Part shown: piece by piece, positions 33,206-42,930 of the stretch
How the letters are laid out: every line of letters begins with the position of its first letter
How positions within the stretch are numbered: the stretch's first letter is position 1
NCBI GenBank assembly: GCA_965204375.1
Contig: OZ241986.1
Coordinates: 3,776,001 to 3,840,000 of the forward strand
DNA from: Candidatus Latescibacterota bacterium
Lineage (GTDB): Bacteria > Latescibacterota > UBA2968
DNA length: 64,000 nucleotides
Reading direction: 5' to 3'
Program-made: the position numbers and the translations under genes
Notes under the pieces: model-generated
Databases searched by the model: none
Told to the model about the DNA's origin: nothing
What the model saw: the letters and a program-made list of their open reading frames with translations, nothing else

Positions 33206-33377
33206 AATTTACCCAGCTATGCTGATCGCGTCAAGGTCACAGCGAGCGAATTACAACATATAGCAGACACAATTTTACGACCCCTATATAATGCGGTTGA
33301 CCTAAATAGCAAGATGGTTTATTGTTTGGCGCACATTCAGTCAGCAACACATCAAAGTTCACGAGGGTCCCTCCCCC

Positions 33378-34757
33378 ATGCCAGTTCGCGCTTATAAAGG
33401 TCAGCCCAAATCCCCCAAGTCACGCAAACGATGGGTCTTCTTCTGCTTACTGATATCCGTCAGTATGCTCTTCGGCCTTGGCAAAGAACCGGCAAAAGAT
33501 GAACCCATCGCAAAAATGACTAAAGAAAGCTCCGCAGAACCCGTTTCCGTTGAAGCAGATCTCATCCTGCCTCTTACCTCTCTAGGATCCAAACCCACCA
33601 GAATTGTGGGCTATATCGCCAATAATGAAAATCTCACCGAAGCCTTCATGAGCGAAGATATCTCACGCGCCGATGCTCTCGCGCTCATCGATGTGCTACA
33701 CAGAGATATTAAACGCTCCTCATTCAATCCCAATATCGTTCGGCGTGGGGATCGCTATGAACTGGTGCTCGACAGCCGCTCTACCATTCACTACCTCAAA
33801 TACACCAGGCAGAACGACCGTGAAACGCAATTTATTGTCGAACGGATAGATGGCCAACTCAAAGCCAGGCAAGAAAACCAGCCCTTGAAGCGAGAGGCCA
33901 TCATCGTATCTGGCCGCATAAAAGACAACATCTGGAACGCGCTTCGTGAAACAGGTGAAAATCCAGCCCTCCTGTGCGACAAACTCGAATACGTATTTGA
34001 ATACTATATCGACTTTTACAACGACTGCAGAACAGGCGACCAGTTTACGTTCGTCGTTGAAAAACTCTACGGCAAATCCGGTGCCTTTGTCCGTTATGGC
34101 AATATTCTCACAGCCCAATACGAAGGCGACAAAGAATCTTTTCAAGCATTTCTCTACACTGACCCCAAAGGAAACAGAAATTACTACGACGCTAAAGGCC
34201 ACTCCCTCCAGGCACTTTTCTTACGCAAACCCCTGAACTTTACCCGCATCAGTTCCCCATTTACCAACCGTAGATTTCACCCCATACTAAAAAAATACAC
34301 GCGCCATCACGGCGTGGATTACGCCGCACCTTATGGAACAAAAGTCTGGGCCATTGCCAACGGCAAGGTTGCTTTTGTCGGACGCAAAGGTCCGCTTGGC
34401 AACTATATCGAAATCGAACACAGCAATGGCTATAAAACCGGCTATGGCCATCTGAGGGGATTTGTGCGGGGGCTGAGAAAGGGACAGCGCGTCAACCAAA
34501 AACAAACCATCGGTTATGTAGGTTCAACCGGACGCTCCACAGGCCCACACTTGCACTTCAACTTTTACGCCACAGTCAATGGCAAATACAAACTGATCAA
34601 CCCAACGCGGAAAATCAATCGTCCCGCAGGCCAACCCATCTCCGAAAAATACATGGCGTATTTTCACCAGCAGCGCGACCAGTATCTCGCGCTCTTAGAT
34701 CGCAAAAACGGTTCGATTGTCACAACCGCATTGCCGACAGGGGTAGTAGCAGAGTAG
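33378..34757 (+). CDS. M23 family peptidoglycan DD-metalloendopeptidase (MepM-like)
   Basis: HHGVDYAAP, YGHL, STGRSTGPHLH; N-terminal anchor. Confidence 0.92.
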   Translation: MPVRAYKGQPKSPKSRKRWVFFCLLISVSMLFGLGKEPAKDEPIAKMTKESSAEPVSVEADLILPLTSLGSKPTRIVGYIANNENLTEAFMSEDISRADALALIDVLHRDIKRSSFNPNIVRRGDRYELVLDSRSTIHYLKYTRQNDRETQFIVERIDGQLKARQENQPLKREAIIVSGRIKDNIWNALRETGENPALLCDKLEYVFEYYIDFYNDCRTGDQFTFVVEKLYGKSGAFVRYGNILTAQYEGDKESFQAFLYTDPKGNRNYYDAKGHSLQALFLRKPLNFTRISSPFTNRRFHPILKKYTRHHGVDYAAPYGTKVWAIANGKVAFVGRKGPLGNYIEIEHSNGYKTGYGHLRGFVRGLRKGQRVNQKQTIGYVGSTGRSTGPHLHFNFYATVNGKYKLINPTRKINRPAGQPISEKYMAYFHQQRDQYLALLDRKNGSIVTTALPTGVVAE

Positions 34758-34832
34758 AAACTTTTCTCGCCTCCCCGGATAAACAAATTCTACAACCGTG
34801 ATTACTCACGGTCTTTTTTTTAGGGTTATCTC

Positions 34833-35984
34833 ATGAAAGTCGCCTACTTCGACTGCTTTGCCGGCATCAGCGGCGACATGACCCTCGGCGCACTCGTCGA
34901 TGCGGGCCTGTCTTTTGCCGCCCTGAAATCCGAACTCGACAAACTCAGTGTGCGCGAATTCACCCTCTCCAAGCGTCGCGTGGAAAAACACGGCATTGCC
35001 GGCACCAAAATCGATGTCAACGCTCGGGAAGGCCACGTCCACCGCCACCTGAAAGACGTACTTGAAATCATCAACAACAGCGAGATATCGGCCCCTACAA
35101 AAGAAAAAGCCGCGCGCGTCTTTCAAAAACTCGCCGAAGCCGAAGCAAAAATCCACGGCACCACCATTGAAGCGGTCCACTTCCACGAAGTGGGCGCAGT
35201 AGATGCCATCGTCGATGTCGTCGGCGCTATCGTCGGCCTCGAACTCCTCGGAATCGAAGCCATCTACGCCTCCAAATTTCGATTTGGCTCGGGTCACACG
35301 CGGGGCGCACACGGGGCAATGCCCGTCCCGGTTCCCGCAGTCGTAGAAATGGCAAAAGGCTTTCCCTCTGAACGCACAGATATCCCGTATGAACTCGTCA
35401 CCCCCACCGGTGCAGCCATCCTCACGGCACTCGCCTCTAATATTGGCGAAACCATTCAGCTACGCACAGAAAGCACGGGTTATGGCGCTGGCACGCGCGA
35501 CGTCGAACAGGTACCCAACCTCCTCCGCGTTGAAATCGGCGAACTCGTCGCAGATCCCCGGACCGATTTTCCCGTTCTACTCGAAACAAATATCGACGAC
35601 ATGACCCCTGAAATTTACGGCTACCTCATCGACCGCCTGCTCGAAGCCGGTGCTCGCGACGCCTTCCTCACCCCCGTCATCATGAAAAAAGGCCGCCCAG
35701 GCATTCAACTCACCGTCCTGGCCGACCCCAACAAAGAAACCGAACTCACCGAACTCATCTTCTCAGAAACCACCACCCTCGGCATCCGCCGCCTGCCCGT
35801 TCAGCGCCACGTCCTCGAACGCCGCACAGACACCGTCCAGACCCCTTACGGTCCCGTCCGCGTCAAAATCGCCGACATCGGCGGCAAACAGCGCATCACT
35901 CCCGAATACGACGACTGCGCCCGCATCGCACGTGAAAAACAGGTACCCATTCTCGACGTTTACAAATCTGTAAATTCACTGTAG
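34833..35984 (+). CDS. larC: Nickel pincer cofactor biosynthesis protein LarC
   Basis: DCFAGISGDM, VHFHEVGAVD, ELVTPTGAA, LETNIDD, MKKGRP, ETTTLGIR, PEYDD. Confidence 0.95.
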   Translation: MKVAYFDCFAGISGDMTLGALVDAGLSFAALKSELDKLSVREFTLSKRRVEKHGIAGTKIDVNAREGHVHRHLKDVLEIINNSEISAPTKEKAARVFQKLAEAEAKIHGTTIEAVHFHEVGAVDAIVDVVGAIVGLELLGIEAIYASKFRFGSGHTRGAHGAMPVPVPAVVEMAKGFPSERTDIPYELVTPTGAAILTALASNIGETIQLRTESTGYGAGTRDVEQVPNLLRVEIGELVADPRTDFPVLLETNIDDMTPEIYGYLIDRLLEAGARDAFLTPVIMKKGRPGIQLTVLADPNKETELTELIFSETTTLGIRRLPVQRHVLERRTDTVQTPYGPVRVKIADIGGKQRITPEYDDCARIAREKQVPILDVYKSVNSL

Positions 35985-36157
35985 CTAACCCTCCCCCGGT
36001 CTCTCCCCGTACAGGGAAGGGGAGACATACTCTCCCCTTCCCCGTACTACCCTCGTAACTGTCTTGCGTCCCTTATCAATCTCTGAGAGATGATCAGCAT
36101 AACCCCGTGAAAGACCGCCATTCAAAGTTAAGCCTAAGATGCGTCTCACGGTTTGAC

Positions 36158-37630
36158 TCAATCTTCATCCTCGTAGAGCTTTTTCAGCATCCGAAGTACC
36201 TGTCTATTCTTCGGATTTAGTTCCAGAGCCTTTGCGTAATTTACGATAGCAGAAACAATTTCTCCACTCTCCATATAAGCCTCGCCCAGCCGGCTATAAA
36301 CGTTCGACGATTTGGGAAAAGCCGCTACATTTAGCTTCAAAATTTCCACGGCATCCTTGACCCTCCCTGCCCTGAGAAGTGAATACCCCAGTCTGTCCAG
36401 TTCCCGTTCGGCAAAGTTATAGACATCCGGCTGCGCTTCCTTCAGTTCGCGATACTGCTGAACCGCAGACTCAACACCCTTCTCACGCAAGGTCCTGGCA
36501 AGAACTCGAGAAATCGGCTCTTTCGGTAAATTATACGGCTGATCGTACAGGATACGGATAATTCTGCGGCTCATCTCGTCCAGCCTTGTGCCGCCCGTAT
36601 TATTGAGCAATACAATCAGGTGCCTGTCGTCAACAAGACGCGTAATGCGAGTATTAAAGCCGTTGATTCCTCCGCCGTGGGAGACTGCGTGAACGCTGTC
36701 TCTGCCTCTTCCGAGCGATATCTTCCGTACACTCCATCCATAGGCGTAATTATTCAGGTTTGGCCTGAACATCTGTTCCTTGTGCTTCCTGGAAAGCAAT
36801 TGATCGGTGTACAGTACCTGGTCCCACAGATAGAGGTCCTCTACGGTAGAGTACAGGGAGCCTGCTGAATAGGGCAGAGACATATCCAGGTAAGGTGCAT
36901 TCTCGTATCCATCAATCGTTTTTCCATATCCAGCAGCGCGTCGGCTAATCAGCGGATTGTGGTGGTCGTATCCCGTGTCGGCCATACCCACCACATCGAG
37001 TATTTGCTCCTTCAGAGCAACTTCGTACGGCTTTCCAGTCACCTGTTCGATAATCGCCCCCAGCAGGAAATATCCAGAATTATTGTACCTGTACTTTGAG
37101 CCGGGTTCGAATTCCAGATCTCCGCTACAGTATTTTTTGATAAACGGATCAACTTCGTAAGAATCTCGAGACACATCCTCGAAGAATCTGGGCAGGCCAG
37201 TGTAACTCGGGATACCCGACGTGTGCGCCAGCAGATGGTGAACCGTCACCTTCTCGCCAATATCCTCTCGGTAATACGACAGATATGCCGATACCGTGTC
37301 CTCCAGCTTCAGTTTACCGCCTTCCACCAATTGCATAATCAACATAGCTGTAAACTGCTTGGTGATGGACCCGAGCCTGAACTTCGTGTCCGTAGTGTTC
37401 GAGATATTCCACTCCATATTGGCAAGGCCGAATCCCTTCTTATAGATCACCTTCCCATTCTCAGCCACCAGCACTGTACCGTTAAACATATCGTAATCGT
37501 AGTAGCGCGTCATCAACTCCTCAATCCTGGCAGCCTTATCCTGAGCGAAACCTGAAATCGGGACCACCAATATGCCCAGCCCAGCAACCATCGCAACAGC
37601 CATCAAGCTTGACCTGAAATATGCACTCAT
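36158..37630 (-). CDS. Secreted serine hydrolase (beta-lactamase class C-like) with C-terminal TPR
   Basis: Signal peptide; SITK (SxxK), YNN, HGG; terminal TPR pair. Confidence 0.9.
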   Translation of the reverse strand: MSAYFRSSLMAVAMVAGLGILVVPISGFAQDKAARIEELMTRYYDYDMFNGTVLVAENGKVIYKKGFGLANMEWNISNTTDTKFRLGSITKQFTAMLIMQLVEGGKLKLEDTVSAYLSYYREDIGEKVTVHHLLAHTSGIPSYTGLPRFFEDVSRDSYEVDPFIKKYCSGDLEFEPGSKYRYNNSGYFLLGAIIEQVTGKPYEVALKEQILDVVGMADTGYDHHNPLISRRAAGYGKTIDGYENAPYLDMSLPYSAGSLYSTVEDLYLWDQVLYTDQLLSRKHKEQMFRPNLNNYAYGWSVRKISLGRGRDSVHAVSHGGGINGFNTRITRLVDDRHLIVLLNNTGGTRLDEMSRRIIRILYDQPYNLPKEPISRVLARTLREKGVESAVQQYRELKEAQPDVYNFAERELDRLGYSLLRAGRVKDAVEILKLNVAAFPKSSNVYSRLGEAYMESGEIVSAIVNYAKALELNPKNRQVLRMLKKLYEDED

Positions 37631-37839
37631 TTCGATCTCCTCTGAGGGGTTATCGTATTGCCCTTCTAAAGCCTGCTTACTGTGTCAGTTTCAAAAGATG
37701 CCCAGAAATCTTCTCATAAATATCGTACCAGGGAAGTCATTTAGACTGGATGTAAGCTCAAGAATTTCCTTTACGATTATATGGTTGACTGGAGTTTCGT
37801 CTAATCTAAGGCCTTACACAAATCTGTCAACGGGCTGTC

Positions 37840-37870
37840 AAAAAAAAGGGACCAGACAATCCTGGTCCCC
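37840..37870 (-). terminator. Intrinsic terminator after the DUF433 gene
   Basis: Stem GGGACCAG/CTGGTCCC followed by a long T-run on the minus strand. Confidence 0.75.
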
Positions 37871-37904
37871 TTAAAATTTACTGCCAATCCACCAGTATTC
37901 TCAT

Positions 37905-38180
37905 CTATCGTTTGCCATCCATAATCGCGTCAATATCCTCCCAGGTTACATTGGACAGTTTTGCACCAGTGGCGGCGTACTCCCGACAGGCCTGGATATC
38001 TTTCAGGGTAATGTGCGAATACCTGCGAATGATATCGGCTTCACTGCGCCCCCCATCCAGCAATTCCATGACCAGTTCCACTGAAATCCGAGTGCCTTTT
38101 ATTGTTGGTTTTCCTGCCAGAATCAACGGATCAGTGACAATGCGATCTTGCCAGATTGGATTCTTTTCTGTTTCGGCCAT
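37905..38180 (-). CDS. DUF433 antitoxin-like protein, no adjacent toxin
   Basis: DPLILAGKPTIKGTRISV..G.S..I...Y..I...DI; RBS AAGGAG. Confidence 0.9.
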   Translation of the reverse strand: MAETEKNPIWQDRIVTDPLILAGKPTIKGTRISVELVMELLDGGRSEADIIRRYSHITLKDIQACREYAATGAKLSNVTWEDIDAIMDGKR

Positions 38181-38263
38181 AGCATGTCTCCTTTTTGTCC
38201 CTGGGTCTCCGCACTCCCATTACCTGAACCATTTATAAAGGCCCTGCAATGGAATTTGTCAAA

Positions 38264-38536
38264 TCAAGACCGATTCACAAACGGATCTGGATCATATTTT
38301 GAATGATTCTGTGAAATGCACTGTAGCACTTGATAGCCATCTATAACCTGCCACATATAAATTCTTCTGCATTGTGAGCACAAAAAAAGAATATTGTCGT
38401 CGTCAAGCGGATCGTAGAGTTTCTCAATCAATCTTGACTTTCCATATTTCTCATATAAAGAGTTGAGTATTTCGGGGGGAATTGCGCGCAATGCCTCTTT
38501 AGAAATCTCCGGCTTTATGCCCCAAAGGGGTTTCAA
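38264..38536 (-). CDS. Hypothetical protein or 5'-truncated fragment
   Basis: 90-aa ORF with CxxC, weak TTG start; the frame stays open a short way upstream into the duplicated module. Confidence 0.35.
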   Translation of the reverse strand: MKPLWGIKPEISKEALRAIPPEILNSLYEKYGKSRLIEKLYDPLDDDNILFLCSQCRRIYMWQVIDGYQVLQCISQNHSKYDPDPFVNRS

Positions 38537-38607
38537 ATCAAACCCACAAACGCACTGTCTATCATTGCATATATCCAGCCGACCATCAAATCAGGGCATA
38601 GGAACAG

Positions 38608-38915
38608 ATGGTGACCAAGACCAAAACAACGCGCTACGATGTCGCCGAGCACCTGCGAACGCCTAAGGAGATGGCGGCATACTTAGAAGCCTGTATTGCG
38701 GAAGCAGATGGCGACGCAGCTTTCATCGCCAAGGCATTGGGCGATATTGTCCGCGCCAGGACATGTCTCAGATCGCTAAAGATGCCGGTCTGTCCAAAAA
38801 AAGCCTGTCTAAGGCTCTGTATGGAGAGCACTCGCCGAGCTTTGATATCATCCTGAAGGTGGAGAACGCCCTGGGGCTAAAGCTATGCGCTGAAGCTGTT
38901 GAGTATAATTTGTAA
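38608..38915 (+). pseudogene. Addiction module antidote protein (HI1420-like HTH), frameshifted
   Basis: YDVAEHLRT..MAAYL..IAKALGDIVRAR, then after a 1-nt shift near 38760 MSQIAKDAGLSKKSLSKAL..PSFDIILKV..ALGLKL. Confidence 0.85.
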
Positions 38916-38968
38916 AAAAAGGAGATACCATAGGGTGTCTCCTCTGCGAAAATATCAGGTGTTCGACA

Positions 38969-39001
38969 AAAAAAGCACGCTCTAAACGGAACGTGCTTTT
39001 T
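38969..39001. terminator. Bidirectional terminator (duplicated at 40500-40532)
   Basis: AAAAAGCACG..CGTGCTTTTT. Confidence 0.75.
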
Positions 39002-39038
39002 CATTTTTGCTTCAGATGTCACAATTTGTATGGACGGT

Positions 39039-39512
39039 TCAGTCAGTTCTGAGAGGTAATAACAAGTAAACGGCAAAGGCTCGCCGGTCCCGGACGGGAA
39101 CGCTGTTGAAACAGCGGATAACATCCTCTGCATCAGTGATGTCTTGAATAACATCAGATTTGGAAAAGGTTGCATCAGGGTCGTAATCTGCTTCGTGACG
39201 TTTTTGCTGCATATCAACGAATCGCTCTGCGAAGTCCTGAATTTCGGCCGGAAATTTGATTATATCCTGACGTTCGCAGCGTTGCCTCGCAGTTCTATGT
39301 TGCAATCCCCGGTATGCTTGACGCCATGCCGGTTGACTGCGGTGGGCACTGGGACCACCAACGAGCATATTGGCGTTGGAAGTTGCGAGACAGTGGAACA
39401 GGGCATAGTACGTCGTGCTGACAGCCCTGCGGATATTCGTCTCCCGTGTCCTACCCTTGCTGTTCGCATGAACCAAATCTCGGGCTGTTGCAATAAAATC
39501 AAGCGGTTTCAA
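39039..39512 (-). CDS. HEPN-like protein
   Basis: RRAVSTTYYALFH and RHEADY motifs; TTG start at 39512 with GGAG RBS, overlapping the upstream gene. Confidence 0.75.
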   Translation of the reverse strand: MKPLDFIATARDLVHANSKGRTRETNIRRAVSTTYYALFHCLATSNANMLVGGPSAHRSQPAWRQAYRGLQHRTARQRCERQDIIKFPAEIQDFAERFVDMQQKRHEADYDPDATFSKSDVIQDITDAEDVIRCFNSVPVRDRRAFAVYLLLPLRTD

Positions 39513-39852
39513 GATTCGTCTCCAGATGCAGACGCCGCCACTTGCCATACACATGCTGCCAATCGGATTTCTCAACCCATGACGGGCTGGGAAACTCTTC
39601 GATACCCGCCTCAATCAACTTCGAGCGAATGCGCCTGATGAAACTGGATGTCCAACTGGAGTCGAGTTGCTTCTGGTCACCATCGAAGACAATAATGATG
39701 CGAAGATACGTTTCGCCGCTGGCGTCAGAACCAAATTCATCGACCATGGGCACCACTACAATGGGATCGAACACGAACTCATCCGACGAGAAACGTTCCG
39801 CAATGGTCTCACGGACAATGGTTTGGACTTTCTTATTCTGTTCTCGTGTCAT
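39499..39852 (-). CDS. Hypothetical partner of the HEPN gene (possible degenerate minimal nucleotidyltransferase)
   Basis: 117 aa, GGGAG RBS, overlaps the HEPN start; acidic beta-rich core but no clear GS..DxD motif. Confidence 0.6.
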   Translation of the reverse strand: MTREQNKKVQTIVRETIAERFSSDEFVFDPIVVVPMVDEFGSDASGETYLRIIIVFDGDQKQLDSSWTSSFIRRIRSKLIEAGIEEFPSPSWVEKSDWQHVYGKWRRLHLETNLETA

Positions 39853-40272
39853 CACAGTGTCTCCCTGACAAGCTAAATTATTCTTATTAGAAATTTCTAA
39901 TTCTTTACGACACAATTCGTTACTTGATCTCGTGCAGCATCCTAAATATCCGCTCCCAGAGGGGATACAATATCAACTTCCTCCAGTACTGTTCCTTTCA
40001 ATTTACCCGGCTCTTGACCCTACAATACATGATGTGTGTATAGACTAGTTCAATGCTAAGTTCATCCAAAAATTCTGTCCGAAAACTTTTTCGTATTCCT
40101 TAAAAATTAGAGTGCTCTTTCAAACAATATAGTCTAACACCAAAAAGGTGTCAACGAGCCGTATTGCGTGCTATATCTCAATGACAGAGTGACGACAAAA
40201 GCGGGTTGACACTGCTACTTGTAATGCGGTACATTGTCCAGCCTTGACCATCAAATCGGAGCATAGGAGCAG

Positions 40273-40446
40273 ATGATGACCAAGACCAAAACAACGCGCT
40301 ACGATGTCGCCGAGCACTTGCGGACGCCTGAGGAGATGGCGGCATACTTAGAAGCCTGTATTGCGGAAGCAGATGGCGACGCGGCTTTCATCGCTAAAGC
40401 ACTGGACGATATTGCCCGCGCCAGGGGCAGGCCTCAGACTGATTAA
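40273..40446 (+). pseudogene. Second addiction module antidote copy, truncated before the HTH (57 aa)
   Basis: Near-identical to 38608-38760; preceded by TTGACA-N18-TACATT (40206-40235) and AGGAG. Confidence 0.85.
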
Positions 40447-40563
40447 AAAAGGAGATAGCAGAGGATGTCTCCTTTTCGAAAATATCAGATACTGGATTTA
40501 AAAAAGCACACTCTAAACGGAACGTGCTTTTTAATTTTTTCAAAAATACTATTCAGCAGAACT

Positions 40564-41967
40564 TCAGTACCGTGTTTCTACGTAAATTGCTGCCCGCCCG
40601 GAACAGGGATAGCCGGACTTGTCCTTGTGGGGATTAAGCCGGGAGGTCCTTTTCTTCCGGGTGAAGTGCTTGCCGCAATAAGCGCATTCATAGATATAGC
40701 GCGGACCGCTGGTCCGACTTACCCGTCTGCGTCTTGGTCGAGACCTGCGCGTTGACCGTCGGGTAGCAGTCGGCGGAATAATAGCTGGACCCTGCGGAGT
40801 CAGTTCCACTGCATGGCGCGGGATAAAACTTTGTCTGGTCGTCTGCGCGCCCTGGATGCGATCAATGCGGTAGCTGCGAAGCTCACCATTGGAGACCCTT
40901 ATGGCGTACAGAACGATATTGCCAACACGAGTACGCCGCAGGGAATAAGGCTCAATCCGCCGGGTAGATCCCCGGTACTTCAGATCCACGCACAAATGGT
41001 TGGCGGCGGCAAAGCGGATGATCTCCAAGAATGACTGGGCGGCACGAGAGACCGATAGGCGCAGTGTGCGTTCTCTGAGCACGGTTTCACCGACAGCCAT
41101 CTGATAAGTGGCTGGCACAAGGGGCGCTACGCCAGTTTCAAGCCAGGCAAAGAAATCGGGAAGTACGCTCCAGAAAGATTCGACAGGCGGCAGAGCCTGA
41201 AGCTGGTGGGCCAGCATCGATTGCCAAGAACCTTCAAGAATGTCCCTGTGCATCTCCAGTTCGGCAAAGGTCGGAACAGGGATACTGCGGTGAGTACATT
41301 TTTGCTTCAGAACATCGTACAAGATAGCGGACTGCGGCCGCGCTTCGGTATTGCGAAACAGATTGACGACATCATAGAGGTCGCGGGGCCGGGCACGTTC
41401 ACCCAGAGCGCGGACCTTTTCAGCAAAGGCTTCCTCATAGGCGTAGCACCTGACAGTGACTCCCTCTGCCGGCACATCGCTGTAGTCGTGAAAGATGACA
41501 TGTTCCGCTGGCGGCAGAACAAGAAGCTCATCAAGTGTCAAATCAAGTTTGATGCGCGGTAAACCACCCGAGCGCGGAGCGATCGGTCCCCGGTAGCTGA
41601 GTTTACCCTGACAGGACACAGTGCCGCGCGGGTTTTCAAAGACCTCGAATGCCTGTAATTCTTCGGGAATCTCAATGCCGGTTCCCTCATAGATCCATTC
41701 GCCGATTTCGCGGAAGGCATCGACCAGGAACTCTTGATCAATGCGAGAGGGATCGGTAAGTGTAAAATCAAGGTCTTCGGAGAATCGGTAAGTTTCAAAA
41801 TAGCACTTCTTAAGACAAGTCCCACCCTTAAAAATCCAGTTTTCTGCGAGAGCGGCGTGCTGATAGATACCAGCGAGAACCCAGCCGAGTACATAATCCT
41901 TTTCGACAACCTGGGGCAGCAAGCCAAGGGCACTCGCGATATCGAGAATTTCGCGGCGGTCAATCAT
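40564..41967 (-). CDS. AbiEii-type nucleotidyltransferase toxin fused to a WYL domain and C-terminal zinc finger
   Basis: VEKDY, FKGGTCLKK, RFSEDLDF, EK.RAL..R.RPRDLYD; then Y....RRIEPYSL...LRSYRIDRI (WYL); then CAYC..H..C. Confidence 0.85.
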   Translation of the reverse strand: MIDRREILDIASALGLLPQVVEKDYVLGWVLAGIYQHAALAENWIFKGGTCLKKCYFETYRFSEDLDFTLTDPSRIDQEFLVDAFREIGEWIYEGTGIEIPEELQAFEVFENPRGTVSCQGKLSYRGPIAPRSGGLPRIKLDLTLDELLVLPPAEHVIFHDYSDVPAEGVTVRCYAYEEAFAEKVRALGERARPRDLYDVVNLFRNTEARPQSAILYDVLKQKCTHRSIPVPTFAELEMHRDILEGSWQSMLAHQLQALPPVESFWSVLPDFFAWLETGVAPLVPATYQMAVGETVLRERTLRLSVSRAAQSFLEIIRFAAANHLCVDLKYRGSTRRIEPYSLRRTRVGNIVLYAIRVSNGELRSYRIDRIQGAQTTRQSFIPRHAVELTPQGPAIIPPTATRRSTRRSRPRRRRVSRTSGPRYIYECAYCGKHFTRKKRTSRLNPHKDKSGYPCSGRAAIYVETRY

Positions 41968-42770
41968 GCGGACGCCGCCTTCGCCCAACTCTCAGGCATA
42001 AGGAGGCGCCATCGGGATATGAGGCGACGGCCTGAAAGCCTCGGATCGAGTTTGGCGTTGCCCTGGGTCAAACGCGCCCGGCATGCCTCAACAAGGGTGG
42101 TAGTGTCGGGTCCGCGCTCTGCCAGAAAGCCCAGGCGCTTGAATACGGCACCGTTACCGACCCGGTCTGCATAGGCAATCAGCTTATCATCATCCCTGTC
42201 CTTGCGCTCGAAATAGTTCTCAAGACAATCGGCAACATGCTGGATGCCGGCTCCGAGATCCGGATCGTCGAGCATATCGATAATGGTGCGGTGAACATCC
42301 GATACGGCAATTTGGCTTCTTCCGCGCCAGACAGTCTTCGTGCCAAAAATCATATCCTGCCGGACATGCTTCAGGGTGAAGTGTGTGCCATGGCGTTGCT
42401 GGCTTTTCGCACGCACAGCCCGCGCTGTCATCACAACAATATCGCGGAAAATCTGCTCCGTCAGATCCCAGTGTTCGGCGGCTGTCCGGCCACCGATATA
42501 GGCCAGATTAAAAAGCGCAGGCACCAGCACCCAGGGATCATCAAGAACCCGCTCGCTGGTAAGAGAATCAAGGCCAACAGGTGCGTACGCACCAGGACCG
42601 ACGCGCCGCAGCCAGCCCTGTCCTCTCCAGCGAGAAAGTAGCTTGGCAGCGTCGGAACGGCTCACGCAAAGGACATGTTCAGCATCGGCGATATGAATAA
42701 TATCACCTGCTGCCCGAATAACGGCAGATAACCTGCGGCGTCCCTCAGGTATGGCGGTCTCTAAGTTCAT
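41964..42770 (-). CDS. AbiEi-type antitoxin / transcriptional regulator
   Basis: N-terminal wHTH (GWLRRVGPGAY), YIGGRTAAEHWDLTEQI, SDVHRTIID, KRLGFL; ATGA overlap with the toxin. Confidence 0.85.
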   Translation of the reverse strand: MNLETAIPEGRRRLSAVIRAAGDIIHIADAEHVLCVSRSDAAKLLSRWRGQGWLRRVGPGAYAPVGLDSLTSERVLDDPWVLVPALFNLAYIGGRTAAEHWDLTEQIFRDIVVMTARAVRAKSQQRHGTHFTLKHVRQDMIFGTKTVWRGRSQIAVSDVHRTIIDMLDDPDLGAGIQHVADCLENYFERKDRDDDKLIAYADRVGNGAVFKRLGFLAERGPDTTTLVEACRARLTQGNAKLDPRLSGRRLISRWRLLMPESWAKAASA

Positions 42771-42930
42771 GGTAATATATAGTTAAACTGCAAAAAATCG
42801 CATTTTATGTGAATTTTTATCTTCATAATATATAATAGCCAAATTCTCGCAGTTTTTCAACTATAATGTATATATTATATTGATTGTGGCGATTTCGTAA
42901 CAACAAGGAGATAAACAGCGGAGGAACATA

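Noticed and set aside
34833-35984. Lactate racemase / nickel pincer gene cluster
   Set aside because: Only larC is present, and scattered lar genes are common.
35989-36050. Attachment site or IS end at the left edge of the TA island
   Set aside because: It is a C/G-rich imperfect palindrome with no matching copy found at the right edge and no recombinase nearby.
36158-37630. Bona fide beta-lactam resistance gene
   Set aside because: SxxK hydrolases with TPR tails are a broad esterase/peptidase group, so activity cannot be inferred.
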